The notes under the pieces: model-generated
Database searches by the model: none
What the model saw: the letters and a program-made list of their open reading frames with translations, nothing else
What the model was told of the DNA's origin: nothing
Program-made: the position numbers and the translations under genes
Shown: piece by piece, positions 15,648 through 24,369 of the stretch
Position numbering within the stretch: position 1 is the first letter of the stretch
Layout: every line of letters starts with the position of its first letter
NCBI GenBank assembly: GCA_964595755.1
Contig: CAZQQZ010000003.1
Coordinates: 1 to 36,371, forward strand
Direction: 5' to 3'
From: an uncultured Candidatus Saccharibacteria bacterium
GTDB lineage: Bacteria; Patescibacteriota; WWE3; CAZQQZ01
DNA length: 36,371 nt

Positions 15648-17674
15648 AATCAAAACGCGTAATCATCTTTCTGAGCTTGCTTCTTTTCTTTCTAACTGCG
15701 AGAAGCGTCGCTTTCGCCGAAGACAAAATGGATTTTTCCCAACCTGATGGCGGAGGAATAATTCCAAAAATAGAAAAAACCGCTAACGATCCCATTTTAA
15801 GAGACGGCGGAGTTTACCCTATGTGGGGTCCCGTTTGCCAAAGATATACTTATCACACTACTTACCAAGATAAAGAAGGACGACCACCTAAATACGTGAG
15901 AATGTTTTTTAACGGAAAGTGGATTGATGTAGAAAAAGGAAATCCGAACGACAATGACTACAAAAAGGGCGTGCGTTACATCTACAAATTTGTCCCTAAC
16001 AAGCTTGGCTCCAACTTCTTCTTTTTCGAAGCCTCAAATGGACTGGGTAAAGCCAGGGAAGGAATTATTGATTCCCCGGGAAACGGGCCGGTGCTTTTTG
16101 AAGGTGATTTTTTAGATAACGAAATTTCCCTGATGGATTCAAAAACTGGGGAAAAAGTCTGGAAATTCCCTACCGGCAAAGAGTGGGTTGGCGGAGTTGC
16201 CTTATCTGATGATGGAAAATATCTGGCCGCCCAAACAACCAGTCATATCTACCTTTTTGATACTAAAAGCAACAAACCCTTGTGGGATTTTGGTAGCGGT
16301 GTCGCCGGAACCGTCGGTGGCGATGTTAAAGGCGGGGTGGCAATTTCAAGTGATGGTAACCGAATCTTCGCTTCTCTAGGCAATAATGTTTTTCTTTTTG
16401 AAAAAGATTCCAAAAAACCGATCTGGCAAGGGCAAAGCGGTAGCAACACCCCTTACAATGTCGCCATTTCCGCTGACGGAAAATATATGGCGGTGGCCAC
16501 CGCCGGAGATGAAACTAATCTAGAATCTAATCTTCTTATCTTGTGGAATGAAAAATCAGGTACTCCTCTCTGGCAATATCACGCCTCGGGAAATTTTCAC
16601 GATGTTTCTCTATCTGCTGACGGCAGCTTCCTTGCTGGAGCGACCGGCTGCCCCGATCGACGAGCGTACATTTTCTCGAAAAGTTCGAATAAGCCCTTAG
16701 TCAAGAGTGAGATGTTGACCTATGATTCCCCCGTTAACACTAGTGAAATTTCCGCGAATGGCGAGGTTGCCTATTTTTCCACCGATGGCGGTCCTCAATC
16801 TTCTGTCTTGGCTCTTTTTAGCAAAAACTCAAACTCTCCCATTTGGAAATTTGATGACGGAATAAATCGAGCCGCTAGGGCAATGAGAATTACTCCCAAC
16901 GGAGAGTTCGCCACCGTAACCAGCATGAAAGGGGATGTTTATTTACTCGAGAGAGGAAGTAACACACCGATTAAAAGTTTTAAAATCGAGGCAAGCACCG
17001 CCGCTCTTGATATTCCAGACGACGCTTCCTTTATCGCTGTCGGCGGAACGGACAATAAAGTTCACATTCTAAGTATATCCGCAAATGGGCAAAAAGAAGT
17101 GCTTTTCGACGAATACGTTCAAGACATCAGTGTTTCCGGAAACGGTCAATACATTGCTGCTGGAACAGGCGGTTCAGCATATTTTTTCGAAAGCTTCGCC
17201 GAAGAAAATAAGATTTTTCCTTGCGACAAAATTATCGAACCCTTACCTTTAGATCAGGCGCTTAAAGGGATGGGTCAAGGACAAAAAGACACTTCTCTAG
17301 GCGAAGGAAATACAAGTGCCTCTCTCAAAGAAACTTTCATCGCTACCGCTATCAAAAACACTTTCGTAAAAATCGGGCTTATTGGTTTCTTTGTATCGCT
17401 ACTACTCTTGGGAGTGTATCTATTAGTTATCAAATTTAACCTACTCAAAAAATATCGGGAACGGCTTCTGACGCGAAGAAAAATTATTCTGGTCGCCTTG
17501 CTTTCCTTGGCGGGCACGTTCGTGATTTTAACCATCGTTTCGGCCCTTTTTGCCGGAAAAAGCGCCAGCAAAACTAACGACGCCGACGATAATGTTTGTG
17601 GAAACTCCATTTGTGAACCAAACTTTGGAGAATCAAAAGAAACCTGCCCCAAGGATTGCGCTCCCTCAGAGTAA
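15644..17674 (+). CDS. WD40/PQQ-like beta-propeller surface protein with C-terminal TM helices and a Cys motif
   Basis: Repeated VAIS.DG.Y.A and PLW blades; two TM helices; terminal CGNSICEP..GESKETCPKDC. Confidence 0.85.
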   Translation: MKSKRVIIFLSLLLFFLTARSVAFAEDKMDFSQPDGGGIIPKIEKTANDPILRDGGVYPMWGPVCQRYTYHTTYQDKEGRPPKYVRMFFNGKWIDVEKGNPNDNDYKKGVRYIYKFVPNKLGSNFFFFEASNGLGKAREGIIDSPGNGPVLFEGDFLDNEISLMDSKTGEKVWKFPTGKEWVGGVALSDDGKYLAAQTTSHIYLFDTKSNKPLWDFGSGVAGTVGGDVKGGVAISSDGNRIFASLGNNVFLFEKDSKKPIWQGQSGSNTPYNVAISADGKYMAVATAGDETNLESNLLILWNEKSGTPLWQYHASGNFHDVSLSADGSFLAGATGCPDRRAYIFSKSSNKPLVKSEMLTYDSPVNTSEISANGEVAYFSTDGGPQSSVLALFSKNSNSPIWKFDDGINRAARAMRITPNGEFATVTSMKGDVYLLERGSNTPIKSFKIEASTAALDIPDDASFIAVGGTDNKVHILSISANGQKEVLFDEYVQDISVSGNGQYIAAGTGGSAYFFESFAEENKIFPCDKIIEPLPLDQALKGMGQGQKDTSLGEGNTSASLKETFIATAIKNTFVKIGLIGFFVSLLLLGVYLLVIKFNLLKKYRERLLTRRKIILVALLSLAGTFVILTIVSALFAGKSASKTNDADDNVCGNSICEPNFGESKETCPKDCAPSE

Positions 17675-17680
17675 AAAATA

Positions 17681-18421
17681 ATGAAACCTGAGCTTTCGAT
17701 AATCATTATTGATTACAAATCAAAAAACCTTTTACCTAACTGCCTCAGAGCAATTAAGGAAAACATCAAAATCCCTCACGAGGTAATTTTGGTAGATAAT
17801 AACGAAGAAAATCGAGGCTTCGCTAAAGGGGCGAATCTTGGTGCCAAAAAGGCAAAGGGAAAATTTCTCCTGTTTTTAAATCCTGATTGTCTGATTCAAA
17901 GTGGCGATTTTAGTAAACTGGTTGAATATTTAAACCAGCACCCTAAAACTGGAATAGTCGGTCTTAAGATGATTCTTAAAAATGGAGCGATCCAACCCTA
18001 TTCTTTCGGTAACAAATATTCACTCACACGAAGTATCCTTTCAAAGCTCGGGGCGGGAACATCTCCAAAAAACCTCACCCCCGATTGGGTATCCGGTGGA
18101 GCGATGATCGCTAGGAAAAATCTATTTGAAGCTATTGGCGGCTTTGACGAACAATTCTTTATGTACTTTGAGGACCAAGATCTTTGCTTAAGAGCCAAAA
18201 AGGTGGGTCACGAAATAGCGCTTTTTCCAGAAATCGTTGTTACTCACCTCGGCGGAGAACCAGCCACTGGTAGCACATATGGGGACGTTTGTGGTCAACA
18301 AAAAATGTATCGAGAATCACAAAAAAAATTCATCCAAAAACATTACGGAAAAGCCTACTCTCTCATCTTCAGAACTATAAGAGGTCTTTGGAAGATAGTT
18401 ATGCCCCACCCCTCATCCTAA
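17681..18421 (+). CDS. Glycosyltransferase family 2
   Basis: SIIII, VDN, NRGFA, FLNPD and FFMYFEDQDLC motifs. Confidence 0.93.
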   Translation: MKPELSIIIIDYKSKNLLPNCLRAIKENIKIPHEVILVDNNEENRGFAKGANLGAKKAKGKFLLFLNPDCLIQSGDFSKLVEYLNQHPKTGIVGLKMILKNGAIQPYSFGNKYSLTRSILSKLGAGTSPKNLTPDWVSGGAMIARKNLFEAIGGFDEQFFMYFEDQDLCLRAKKVGHEIALFPEIVVTHLGGEPATGSTYGDVCGQQKMYRESQKKFIQKHYGKAYSLIFRTIRGLWKIVMPHPSS

Positions 18422-19289
18422 AATAACCTAAAACCTCAATTGCTTTTAAAATGACCGTCGTCAGAATTTTGGGATATTTTGATTGGTAGTGCTTAGCATA
18501 GAATAGTTTCATCGCCTCGATCGAAGATGCCCGCATTTTATTTTTGGTCTCTTCGCTGGCCTTAGTAATATCTTGGGTCTCTTTTCTTAACCCGACGCTC
18601 GCGCCTTTATAATGAATCACCTCAAATTGAGGTAAATACATTATTTGCCAACCCGCACTCTTGACACGATAACAAAGGTCGATGTCTTCTCCGTAAACGA
18701 AAAAATCTTCGTCCCACCCGCCAATATCTTTGAAAATGTCTTTACGAGCAAACATATAATGCGAAATACAGGCATCAATTTCATGTGCCCGGGAAAGATC
18801 TTTGTAGCTTTGGTAATAACTTCCAAATAATTTTGATTTCGCAAATATTTTGTCTAGTTTTGAGAAATGAGTTAGAGCCGCCCAGGGGGTGGGAAAGCCG
18901 CGATGGGAATCCTTGTCTAAAGAACCATCTCTAAGCAAAATCCTGCAGGTGGCAATCCCGACTTTTAGATTTTTATCCATGTAATCAACCATTCCTTCCA
19001 AGGAACCACCTTTGGGAAATGCATCTGATCCCAAAAATAGTACATAACTTCCCTGTGCTTTTTCAAGAGCCAAGTTAGCCGCCTTAGCAATTCCGAGATT
19101 TTCCTTACTACGAATAAGAATAATTTTGGGAAAATCTTTCTCCACCATATCCGGCGCGCCATCAGAAGAATTATTATCAACGACAATTATTTCCGCCTCT
19201 TTCGGACTAATTTGGGAAAGGTTAGCTAAACAATCCCTAAGAATTTCGCAAGTATTGAAGTTCACAATAATTATCGAAAGATCGATCAT
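18399..19289 (-). CDS. Glycosyltransferase family 2
   Basis: DLSIIIVNFN, VVDNNSSD and FFVYGEDIDLC motifs. Likely start is MIDL, 7 nt after TATAAT. Confidence 0.93.
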   Translation of the reverse strand: MIDLSIIIVNFNTCEILRDCLANLSQISPKEAEIIVVDNNSSDGAPDMVEKDFPKIILIRSKENLGIAKAANLALEKAQGSYVLFLGSDAFPKGGSLEGMVDYMDKNLKVGIATCRILLRDGSLDKDSHRGFPTPWAALTHFSKLDKIFAKSKLFGSYYQSYKDLSRAHEIDACISHYMFARKDIFKDIGGWDEDFFVYGEDIDLCYRVKSAGWQIMYLPQFEVIHYKGASVGLRKETQDITKASEETKNKMRASSIEAMKLFYAKHYQSKYPKILTTVILKAIEVLGYFRMRGGA

Positions 19290-19328
19290 ACCTACCATTA
19301 TAGAACAAAAATGAGTAAGCTTGGGAAT

Positions 19329-20702
19329 TTACCTTGCGGGGAAGAGAAAACAGGCGGAATAACTAAAATAATTTATCGGAAAAGTGTAGTTGCCAAAGTT
19401 AACGCCAGTTTTCTTCTCTCCCGAGAGAATTTTAACCTTTTGACAAGTCGTTCCTTCTGGCAACGAACTACGCCAACCCCGAGGCAAAACCTCGCAAATA
19501 GAATAATCACCGGGGATAAGATTCGTAAATCGATATGCTCCTAAGTTAAATAAACCTTGTTTACCAGTAATTTGGCGTCTTTCCCCCGTATCTAGTTTCT
19601 GGTTATCATTTTCATCAACAAAAATCTTCACCCCATCAATTTTGTACTCCCCCCTAAACCAACCATCCCATATCCCATTTGCATTCATATCGTAAAATTT
19701 GAACCCAGAAATCAAACCCGGAGTTTGCTCTTCAATAAAACATACCGAATTGCATCCGTCTCCATCAGAAATATTTCCATCGTCGCACTGTTCCCCTCCA
19801 TTTATTAAAGTATCTCCACAATAAGGACCAGTAACCGTCACATTTTGGCAAACCGCGTTACAATACCCACAACTTTGACCGTAGAGGGGAAGACAAGCAA
19901 TTCCGTTTTGCTCCCTTTGGTCACACTGCTCTAACCCATTCAGCATTCCATCTCCACAGAAATCCGAAGAATGACATTCCTCCCAACCGTCACAAGTTTG
20001 ATTACAATTTGAAGTACCTTCATAATCGTCTGTCGTTAGGCAGGCTTGAAAATCTCCATCGCACACTTCGCTGCCGTTTGTAATTCCATCACCACAAGCG
20101 GGAGTTACCTCTAGACAAAGGGTGTGGGCGCCCAAATAATTAAAAGTGTCTATAGCATACCCATCCCACTCCAGGGCAGGATCAAACGCATCACTCCCTT
20201 CAACATCTCCCCCTCCGATCTCACATTTTCTAACCAAAGTACGATCTTGAGTCGTAGTTATACCAGTTCCCCAAGAAACCCCCGGATCATACCCAACTTG
20301 GCCAAACACATCTATAACATCCCCAACCGCATTCTTTAAAACCAGGGTGTCATCACCGTTAAAATTTAGATTGCCGGTTTGTAAATCACAAAGAGAAGAA
20401 ACGGAAAAACTGGTATGACAAACAACAAAAGTATCTCCCTGAGCAAGAGTGACTGAAGAAAGAGAGATGTTGGTGGGAGAAGTCCCTCCATTCGAGTACA
20501 ACTCGATCGAGAAGCCGCCTAAACTAACACCACCACTCGTCGGGTTGTAAATCTCCACTGCCTTATTATAAGAAGATCCTTCAATATATTCAGAGAAAAA
20601 AAGATCCGCAACCGGAGCAGCTCTAACCGGAGAAGTAAACAAAAAATACGATATAACAACAAATAGAACCAATAACATTATAAGGACGGGCAATTTCCTC
20701 AT
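19329..20702 (-). CDS. Secreted protein with a lamin-tail domain, Myxococcus-type Cys-rich repeats and an SdrD B-like domain
   Basis: FFSEYIEGSSYNKAVEIYN; repeated CGDG...E.CD units including CDDGNISDGDGC; ISGFKFYDMNANG. Confidence 0.85.
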   Translation of the reverse strand: MRKLPVLIMLLVLFVVISYFLFTSPVRAAPVADLFFSEYIEGSSYNKAVEIYNPTSGGVSLGGFSIELYSNGGTSPTNISLSSVTLAQGDTFVVCHTSFSVSSLCDLQTGNLNFNGDDTLVLKNAVGDVIDVFGQVGYDPGVSWGTGITTTQDRTLVRKCEIGGGDVEGSDAFDPALEWDGYAIDTFNYLGAHTLCLEVTPACGDGITNGSEVCDGDFQACLTTDDYEGTSNCNQTCDGWEECHSSDFCGDGMLNGLEQCDQREQNGIACLPLYGQSCGYCNAVCQNVTVTGPYCGDTLINGGEQCDDGNISDGDGCNSVCFIEEQTPGLISGFKFYDMNANGIWDGWFRGEYKIDGVKIFVDENDNQKLDTGERRQITGKQGLFNLGAYRFTNLIPGDYSICEVLPRGWRSSLPEGTTCQKVKILSGEKKTGVNFGNYTFPINYFSYSACFLFPAR

Positions 20703-20794
20703 AATAATTTTTCAAAATAGCGACCTCCAGGAACTATTCTAGACTTATGAAAAGCTCTGTCAAGTACTTCTTGAATATGATATATAATCAAGAT

Positions 20795-21400
20795 ATGAAA
20801 ACTAACAGACTTCTTCTTATACTGGCTGCGTTTGTTTTGGCAGGGGCGGGTATCTTTTTTTTAATAAAAAAAGAACCGATTCAAATTAAAGAAAGTAGCG
20901 AGGTTTCAGAATCTACAGAAATTGCCAACCCGGCCTCAGTCTACTGTGAAGAAAACGGCGGAAAAGTGAAAATTGTTACAAGCGATACTGGTAGTCAGAT
21001 GGGGATCTGCATTTTTGATAACGGCAGTAGCTGTGAAGAGTGGGCGTATTATAGAAAAGAATGCCAAAAGGATGATGGTAAAAGCAACCAAACTTATGAT
21101 GTCTCAAAAGAATTTGCCGAGATCAGGGAAGCAGCCGAAACCGAACTTGAGCTAGACACCACTACGATGAAAGTAGAAATAAGAAAATCGACGGGTAAAT
21201 ACGCTTCTGGGTCAGTTTCTCCTATTGAGGAAGGGGTAGGTGGTGGTTATCTATTTATGGCAAAAGTAAGTGGTGTTTGGAAAGTGGTTGCCGACGGAAA
21301 CGGCACAATCAGTTGTGAACAGCTCGAGCCTTATCCGGATTTCCCAACCGACATGATTCCAGAATGTATCGATACTGACGGAAATCCAATTCAAAGATAA
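20795..21400 (+). CDS. DUF333 (putative hemolysin) domain protein
   Basis: IANPASVYCEENGG...CIFDNGSSCEEWAYYRKEC; N-terminal TM; TATAAT 6 nt before the ATG. Confidence 0.85.
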   Translation: MKTNRLLLILAAFVLAGAGIFFLIKKEPIQIKESSEVSESTEIANPASVYCEENGGKVKIVTSDTGSQMGICIFDNGSSCEEWAYYRKECQKDDGKSNQTYDVSKEFAEIREAAETELELDTTTMKVEIRKSTGKYASGSVSPIEEGVGGGYLFMAKVSGVWKVVADGNGTISCEQLEPYPDFPTDMIPECIDTDGNPIQR

Positions 21401-21425
21401 ATACTAAAAATAGGAGACGATTTTT

Positions 21426-21545
21426 ATGTGTTCAACTTGCGGATATGCCTCAGATACGGCAACAGGCTGCTGTGGAAAGATGATGGAGAAGTGTTGTGGG
21501 TGCGGTTCTGGGGAACTTTCCAAGGATTGTTGCAAAAAAGAATAA
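21426..21545 (+). CDS. 39 aa Cys-rich, SEC-C-like metal-binding mini-protein (not in the ORF track)
   Basis: MCSTCGYASDTATGCCGKMMEKCCGCGSGELSKDCCKKE; AGGAG RBS at 21412-21416; terminator downstream. Confidence 0.75.
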   Translation: MCSTCGYASDTATGCCGKMMEKCCGCGSGELSKDCCKKE

Positions 21546-21562
21546 TTTCCGTCTTTGAAACC

Positions 21563-21592
21563 AAAACAACCACTTAAATTGGTGGTTGTTTT
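21563..21592. terminator. Bidirectional terminator
   Basis: aaaacaaccac-ttaaattg-gtggttgtttt between convergent genes. Confidence 0.8.
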
Positions 21593-21609
21593 GATTCTTA
21601 AAAAATAAA

Positions 21610-21993
21610 TTAAACATGATCGTGCTCATCTGCCATTGCTTCTTCTCGCGTCTTGTGAATCTTTCCCGCTGGATGATTCGCCGGACTGTAGATTGTATAA
21701 ATCTTAAGAGGCAATTCCGCAGAAGTGTTTATGATGTTATGCTCACTTCCCGCCGGAACAACTACCGCGGAACCGTCTTTTACCAGATACTCTTTCCCAT
21801 TAATAACTACTTTACCTTCACCAGACTCAAAGCGAAAAAACTGATCAACGTTAGAATGAGTTTCAACACCGATATCTTCGTTAGGAAGAAGTGACATCAA
21901 AACCAGCTGAAGGTGACTACCTGTAAAAAGCACCTCACGGAAATTTTCTCCCGCAAGAGTTAGTTCTTCAATATTTCCCACAAATTCTGACAT
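21610..21993 (-). CDS. Cupin-domain protein
   Basis: QLVLMSL...ETH..VDQFFRFESGEG...VPAGSEHNI...IYSPANHP; AGGAGGTGA RBS. Confidence 0.92.
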   Translation of the reverse strand: MSEFVGNIEELTLAGENFREVLFTGSHLQLVLMSLLPNEDIGVETHSNVDQFFRFESGEGKVVINGKEYLVKDGSAVVVPAGSEHNIINTSAELPLKIYTIYSPANHPAGKIHKTREEAMADEHDHV

Positions 21994-22222
21994 AAAAAAT
22001 CACCTCCTTAAGTAATTTATTTAATAGCAAAAATAGAGCAAAAAAACAACGAGTGCTCACTTATAAAAATAAAAATTGATCAACAACTAGCACTTAATAA
22101 AAATTAAAATCAAAATATAAAAGTATTGATATAACAATTTTATGTGCGATCGCATACTAATTTGTTATATTTGGGACTGAATAGTCCATCACATTTACAT
22201 TATTAACGTTGGGGTTGTTTTT

Positions 22223-22294
22223 TAGTACCGTAAATTGTACTACGGTACTAGTTTTCGTTTACCAAAAAAGATTACTTATTCGATTACGTAACCC
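22223..22294 (+). repeat. Composite palindromic site, copy 1 (subsite A 22223-22250, subsite B 22269-22294)
   Basis: TAGTACCGTAA-ATTGTA-CTACGGTACTA, 18 bp linker, AGATTACTTATTCGATTACGTAA. Confidence 0.9.
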
Positions 22295-22363
22295 CAACAT
22301 CCCCTCGAGAGAATATAGCAGAAAGAAAGGGAGTAAATATATCCCTTAGCCGTTCTTAAGAGG

Positions 22364-22789
22364 CTAGCTTCTTCTAAAAAAGGTCTTTTTTGCCTTCTTG
22401 GAAGCTCCGCTAGTAGGAGCTTTTTCAAAAAGGGAAACATCTCCCTTAAGCTTATCCTTAATCGGCTCAACCGCCTCTTTGACGGTATTCGCTAACCCAT
22501 CCTCATTAATCTCCGCCATTTTTACTTTCGCTTTTTTCACAAAATCCATCTCATTAACATCCTTCATCAAGGGATCCAGCACTTGCTCTTTTGCTTTATC
22601 AATCATCGGTTCCATTTCTTTGTAGACTTCCCCCGCTTTATTTTTTAGCTCTTTGGCTTTTTTCTTAAGTTTCGCTCGAGATACTTCTCCGGGGGCTGGG
22701 GCAAAAAGAATTCCCGCTACCGCGCCCGCCATCGCGCCAATTATCGCCCCCAGCAAAAAACTTTCTCCTGATGGTTTCTTATCAGACAT
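22364..22789 (-). CDS. YtxH-domain protein
   Basis: FLLGAIIGAMAGAVAGILFAPAPGEVSRAKLK. Confidence 0.88.
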   Translation of the reverse strand: MSDKKPSGESFLLGAIIGAMAGAVAGILFAPAPGEVSRAKLKKKAKELKNKAGEVYKEMEPMIDKAKEQVLDPLMKDVNEMDFVKKAKVKMAEINEDGLANTVKEAVEPIKDKLKGDVSLFEKAPTSGASKKAKKTFFRRS

Positions 22790-22800
22790 AGCTAAAATAA

Positions 22801-22830
22801 CTCAAAGCGCAAAACGCAAAACTCAAAGCG
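22801..22830. repeat. Intergenic heptamer tandem repeat
   Basis: ctcaaag-cgcaaaa-cgcaaaa-ctcaaag-cg. Confidence 0.7.
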
Positions 22831-22839
22831 ATAAACAGA

Positions 22840-23118
22840 TCATCCATCCTCCTCGTCTTCTTCAGAGGAGCTTCCTGCCAGTATTTTGAAGGCTTTAAAA
22901 GCTTTAACCGCACCGGTAAGGGCGGCAAAAATCCCCGCCGCATCCGCCACCGGTGTGGAAATCGCCGCCGTCATTTTATCAACATCATCCAAAATTTTAT
23001 TGGTTTTTTTAACCGTTTCCCGTACCTCTTTTAAAACGAGAATTATATAAACACCAACCATTAAAAGGTTTAGGGTAAGAAGAGTAATTATTAAAATTAG
23101 TAAAGTTGTATTGGCCAT
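22840..23118 (-). CDS. Small membrane protein (DUF948/YoxC-like)
   Basis: TM helix followed by a coiled coil; lies upstream of the YtxH gene, a common pairing. Confidence 0.7.
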   Translation of the reverse strand: MANTTLLILIITLLTLNLLMVGVYIILVLKEVRETVKKTNKILDDVDKMTAAISTPVADAAGIFAALTGAVKAFKAFKILAGSSSEEDEEDG

Positions 23119-23171
23119 GGGCAGTTTAAAAAATTAAGGCAGGTAAAGTATGCCTAAGAATAAAAACGTTG

Positions 23172-23576
23172 TCAAGGATTAGATTGGTCCACGGGACAAG
23201 TTTCCGTTTCATGAAAGCATTCTGTCCTCTTGTAGATTCCACACTTAACTTCGGTAACAATTCTTGCCCTACCTTTCGGACAATCATCACATTCCTCCCA
23301 AGAATCCCCCGCACAATGACCGTCCGGGCAACTCTCGCGTCCCAAGCAAAAAATCATTCCTGCAGGCGAGCTCCCCGCCCGGGATCTTAAATCTTGAGAT
23401 GTCATCGCTAACTTAACGGTAGCGATAACAGCCAGTGCCAAAAACAAGGTCGTTAAGACCTTGAAAACTCCTCCCGCGTCAGCCGCAAAAACAATTGGTT
23501 TCCAAGGAATGTCTTTCTTCTTTTCCTCTTCCGGTTTTTTTTCTTTTTTGTTTTTAAAAATGTTTCTTAAATCCAT
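23172..23576 (-). CDS. Hypothetical membrane protein with a Cys-rich C-terminus
   Basis: Lys-rich N-terminus, TM helix, QDLRSRA motif and 8 Cys. Confidence 0.7.
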   Translation of the reverse strand: MDLRNIFKNKKEKKPEEEKKKDIPWKPIVFAADAGGVFKVLTTLFLALAVIATVKLAMTSQDLRSRAGSSPAGMIFCLGRESCPDGHCAGDSWEECDDCPKGRARIVTEVKCGIYKRTECFHETETCPVDQSNP

Positions 23577-23602
23577 ATCTTTATCTAATTTATTTGATTT
23601 TC

Positions 23603-23630
23603 CAAGTACCCAGTACCAATTACTCAGTAC
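23603..23630. repeat. Heptamer tandem repeat overlapping a stop codon
   Basis: caagtac-ccagtac-caattac-tcagtac. Confidence 0.6.
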
Positions 23631-24339
23631 TCTTTTTAGTTGCGCTGGGACTCGCCGACCGAGTCGCTTCTCCAGCCACTACCGGCTCGGGTTTCTTCTC
23701 TTCCGGAAGAACAATCACCGTTCGGGAGAAGGAAGTTTCTTTGCCAAGTTTATTTTTGGCCTTAAAGTTTAGGACATTAATGCCTTTGGCTAAATCCAAA
23801 GTGACCGCGAAAATCCCCTGCTCCGAAACGGAAACCTCCTCCCCATTTAAAAATATTTCCGCTCCGCTATCGGTTTTACCTACCGCATTTAGGCGATACG
23901 AAGCGACGATCGCCCCGTCCACCGGGGAACTCACCTCAAGATTTGGATTCCTAGAAAAAGAGCGATATTGGTGAAGTATATACCCAAAAAAGGCAATCGT
24001 CAGAAAACCTATTAAAACCGCAAAAACGGCGCCGGGGGTAATCGCGAACTTAGGCACTAGCAAAGGATCAATAAATTTATTGACTTTGACACCGTCTTGA
24101 GGCAACTCCTGATAGTCTCTGCGCCAAAAAGCAAGCACTTTTTCCGGATCAAGCGAAAGGAAAGCAGCATAATTTTTTAAGAATCCCTTGATATAGACCG
24201 AAGAGGCAAAAACGGAGAAATCGCCCTTTTCTAAAGCTTCAATAAACCGAGGCTGAATTTTCGTCGCTTCAGACACTTGAAAGATAGTCAATCCTTTTTG
24301 AAGTCTCGCGCTTTCAAGAATCGATCCCACTTTTTGCAT
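23620..24339 (-). CDS. RodZ-like HTH membrane protein with a C-terminal Ig-like domain
   Basis: GSILESARLQKGLT...TKIQPRFIEALE...YIKGFLKNYA; TM helix; downstream of ftsK. Confidence 0.85.
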   Translation of the reverse strand: MQKVGSILESARLQKGLTIFQVSEATKIQPRFIEALEKGDFSVFASSVYIKGFLKNYAAFLSLDPEKVLAFWRRDYQELPQDGVKVNKFIDPLLVPKFAITPGAVFAVLIGFLTIAFFGYILHQYRSFSRNPNLEVSSPVDGAIVASYRLNAVGKTDSGAEIFLNGEEVSVSEQGIFAVTLDLAKGINVLNFKAKNKLGKETSFSRTVIVLPEEKKPEPVVAGEATRSASPSATKKSTE

Positions 24340-24369
24340 AACTTTAATTTACATCAAAAAAGGAAAAGT

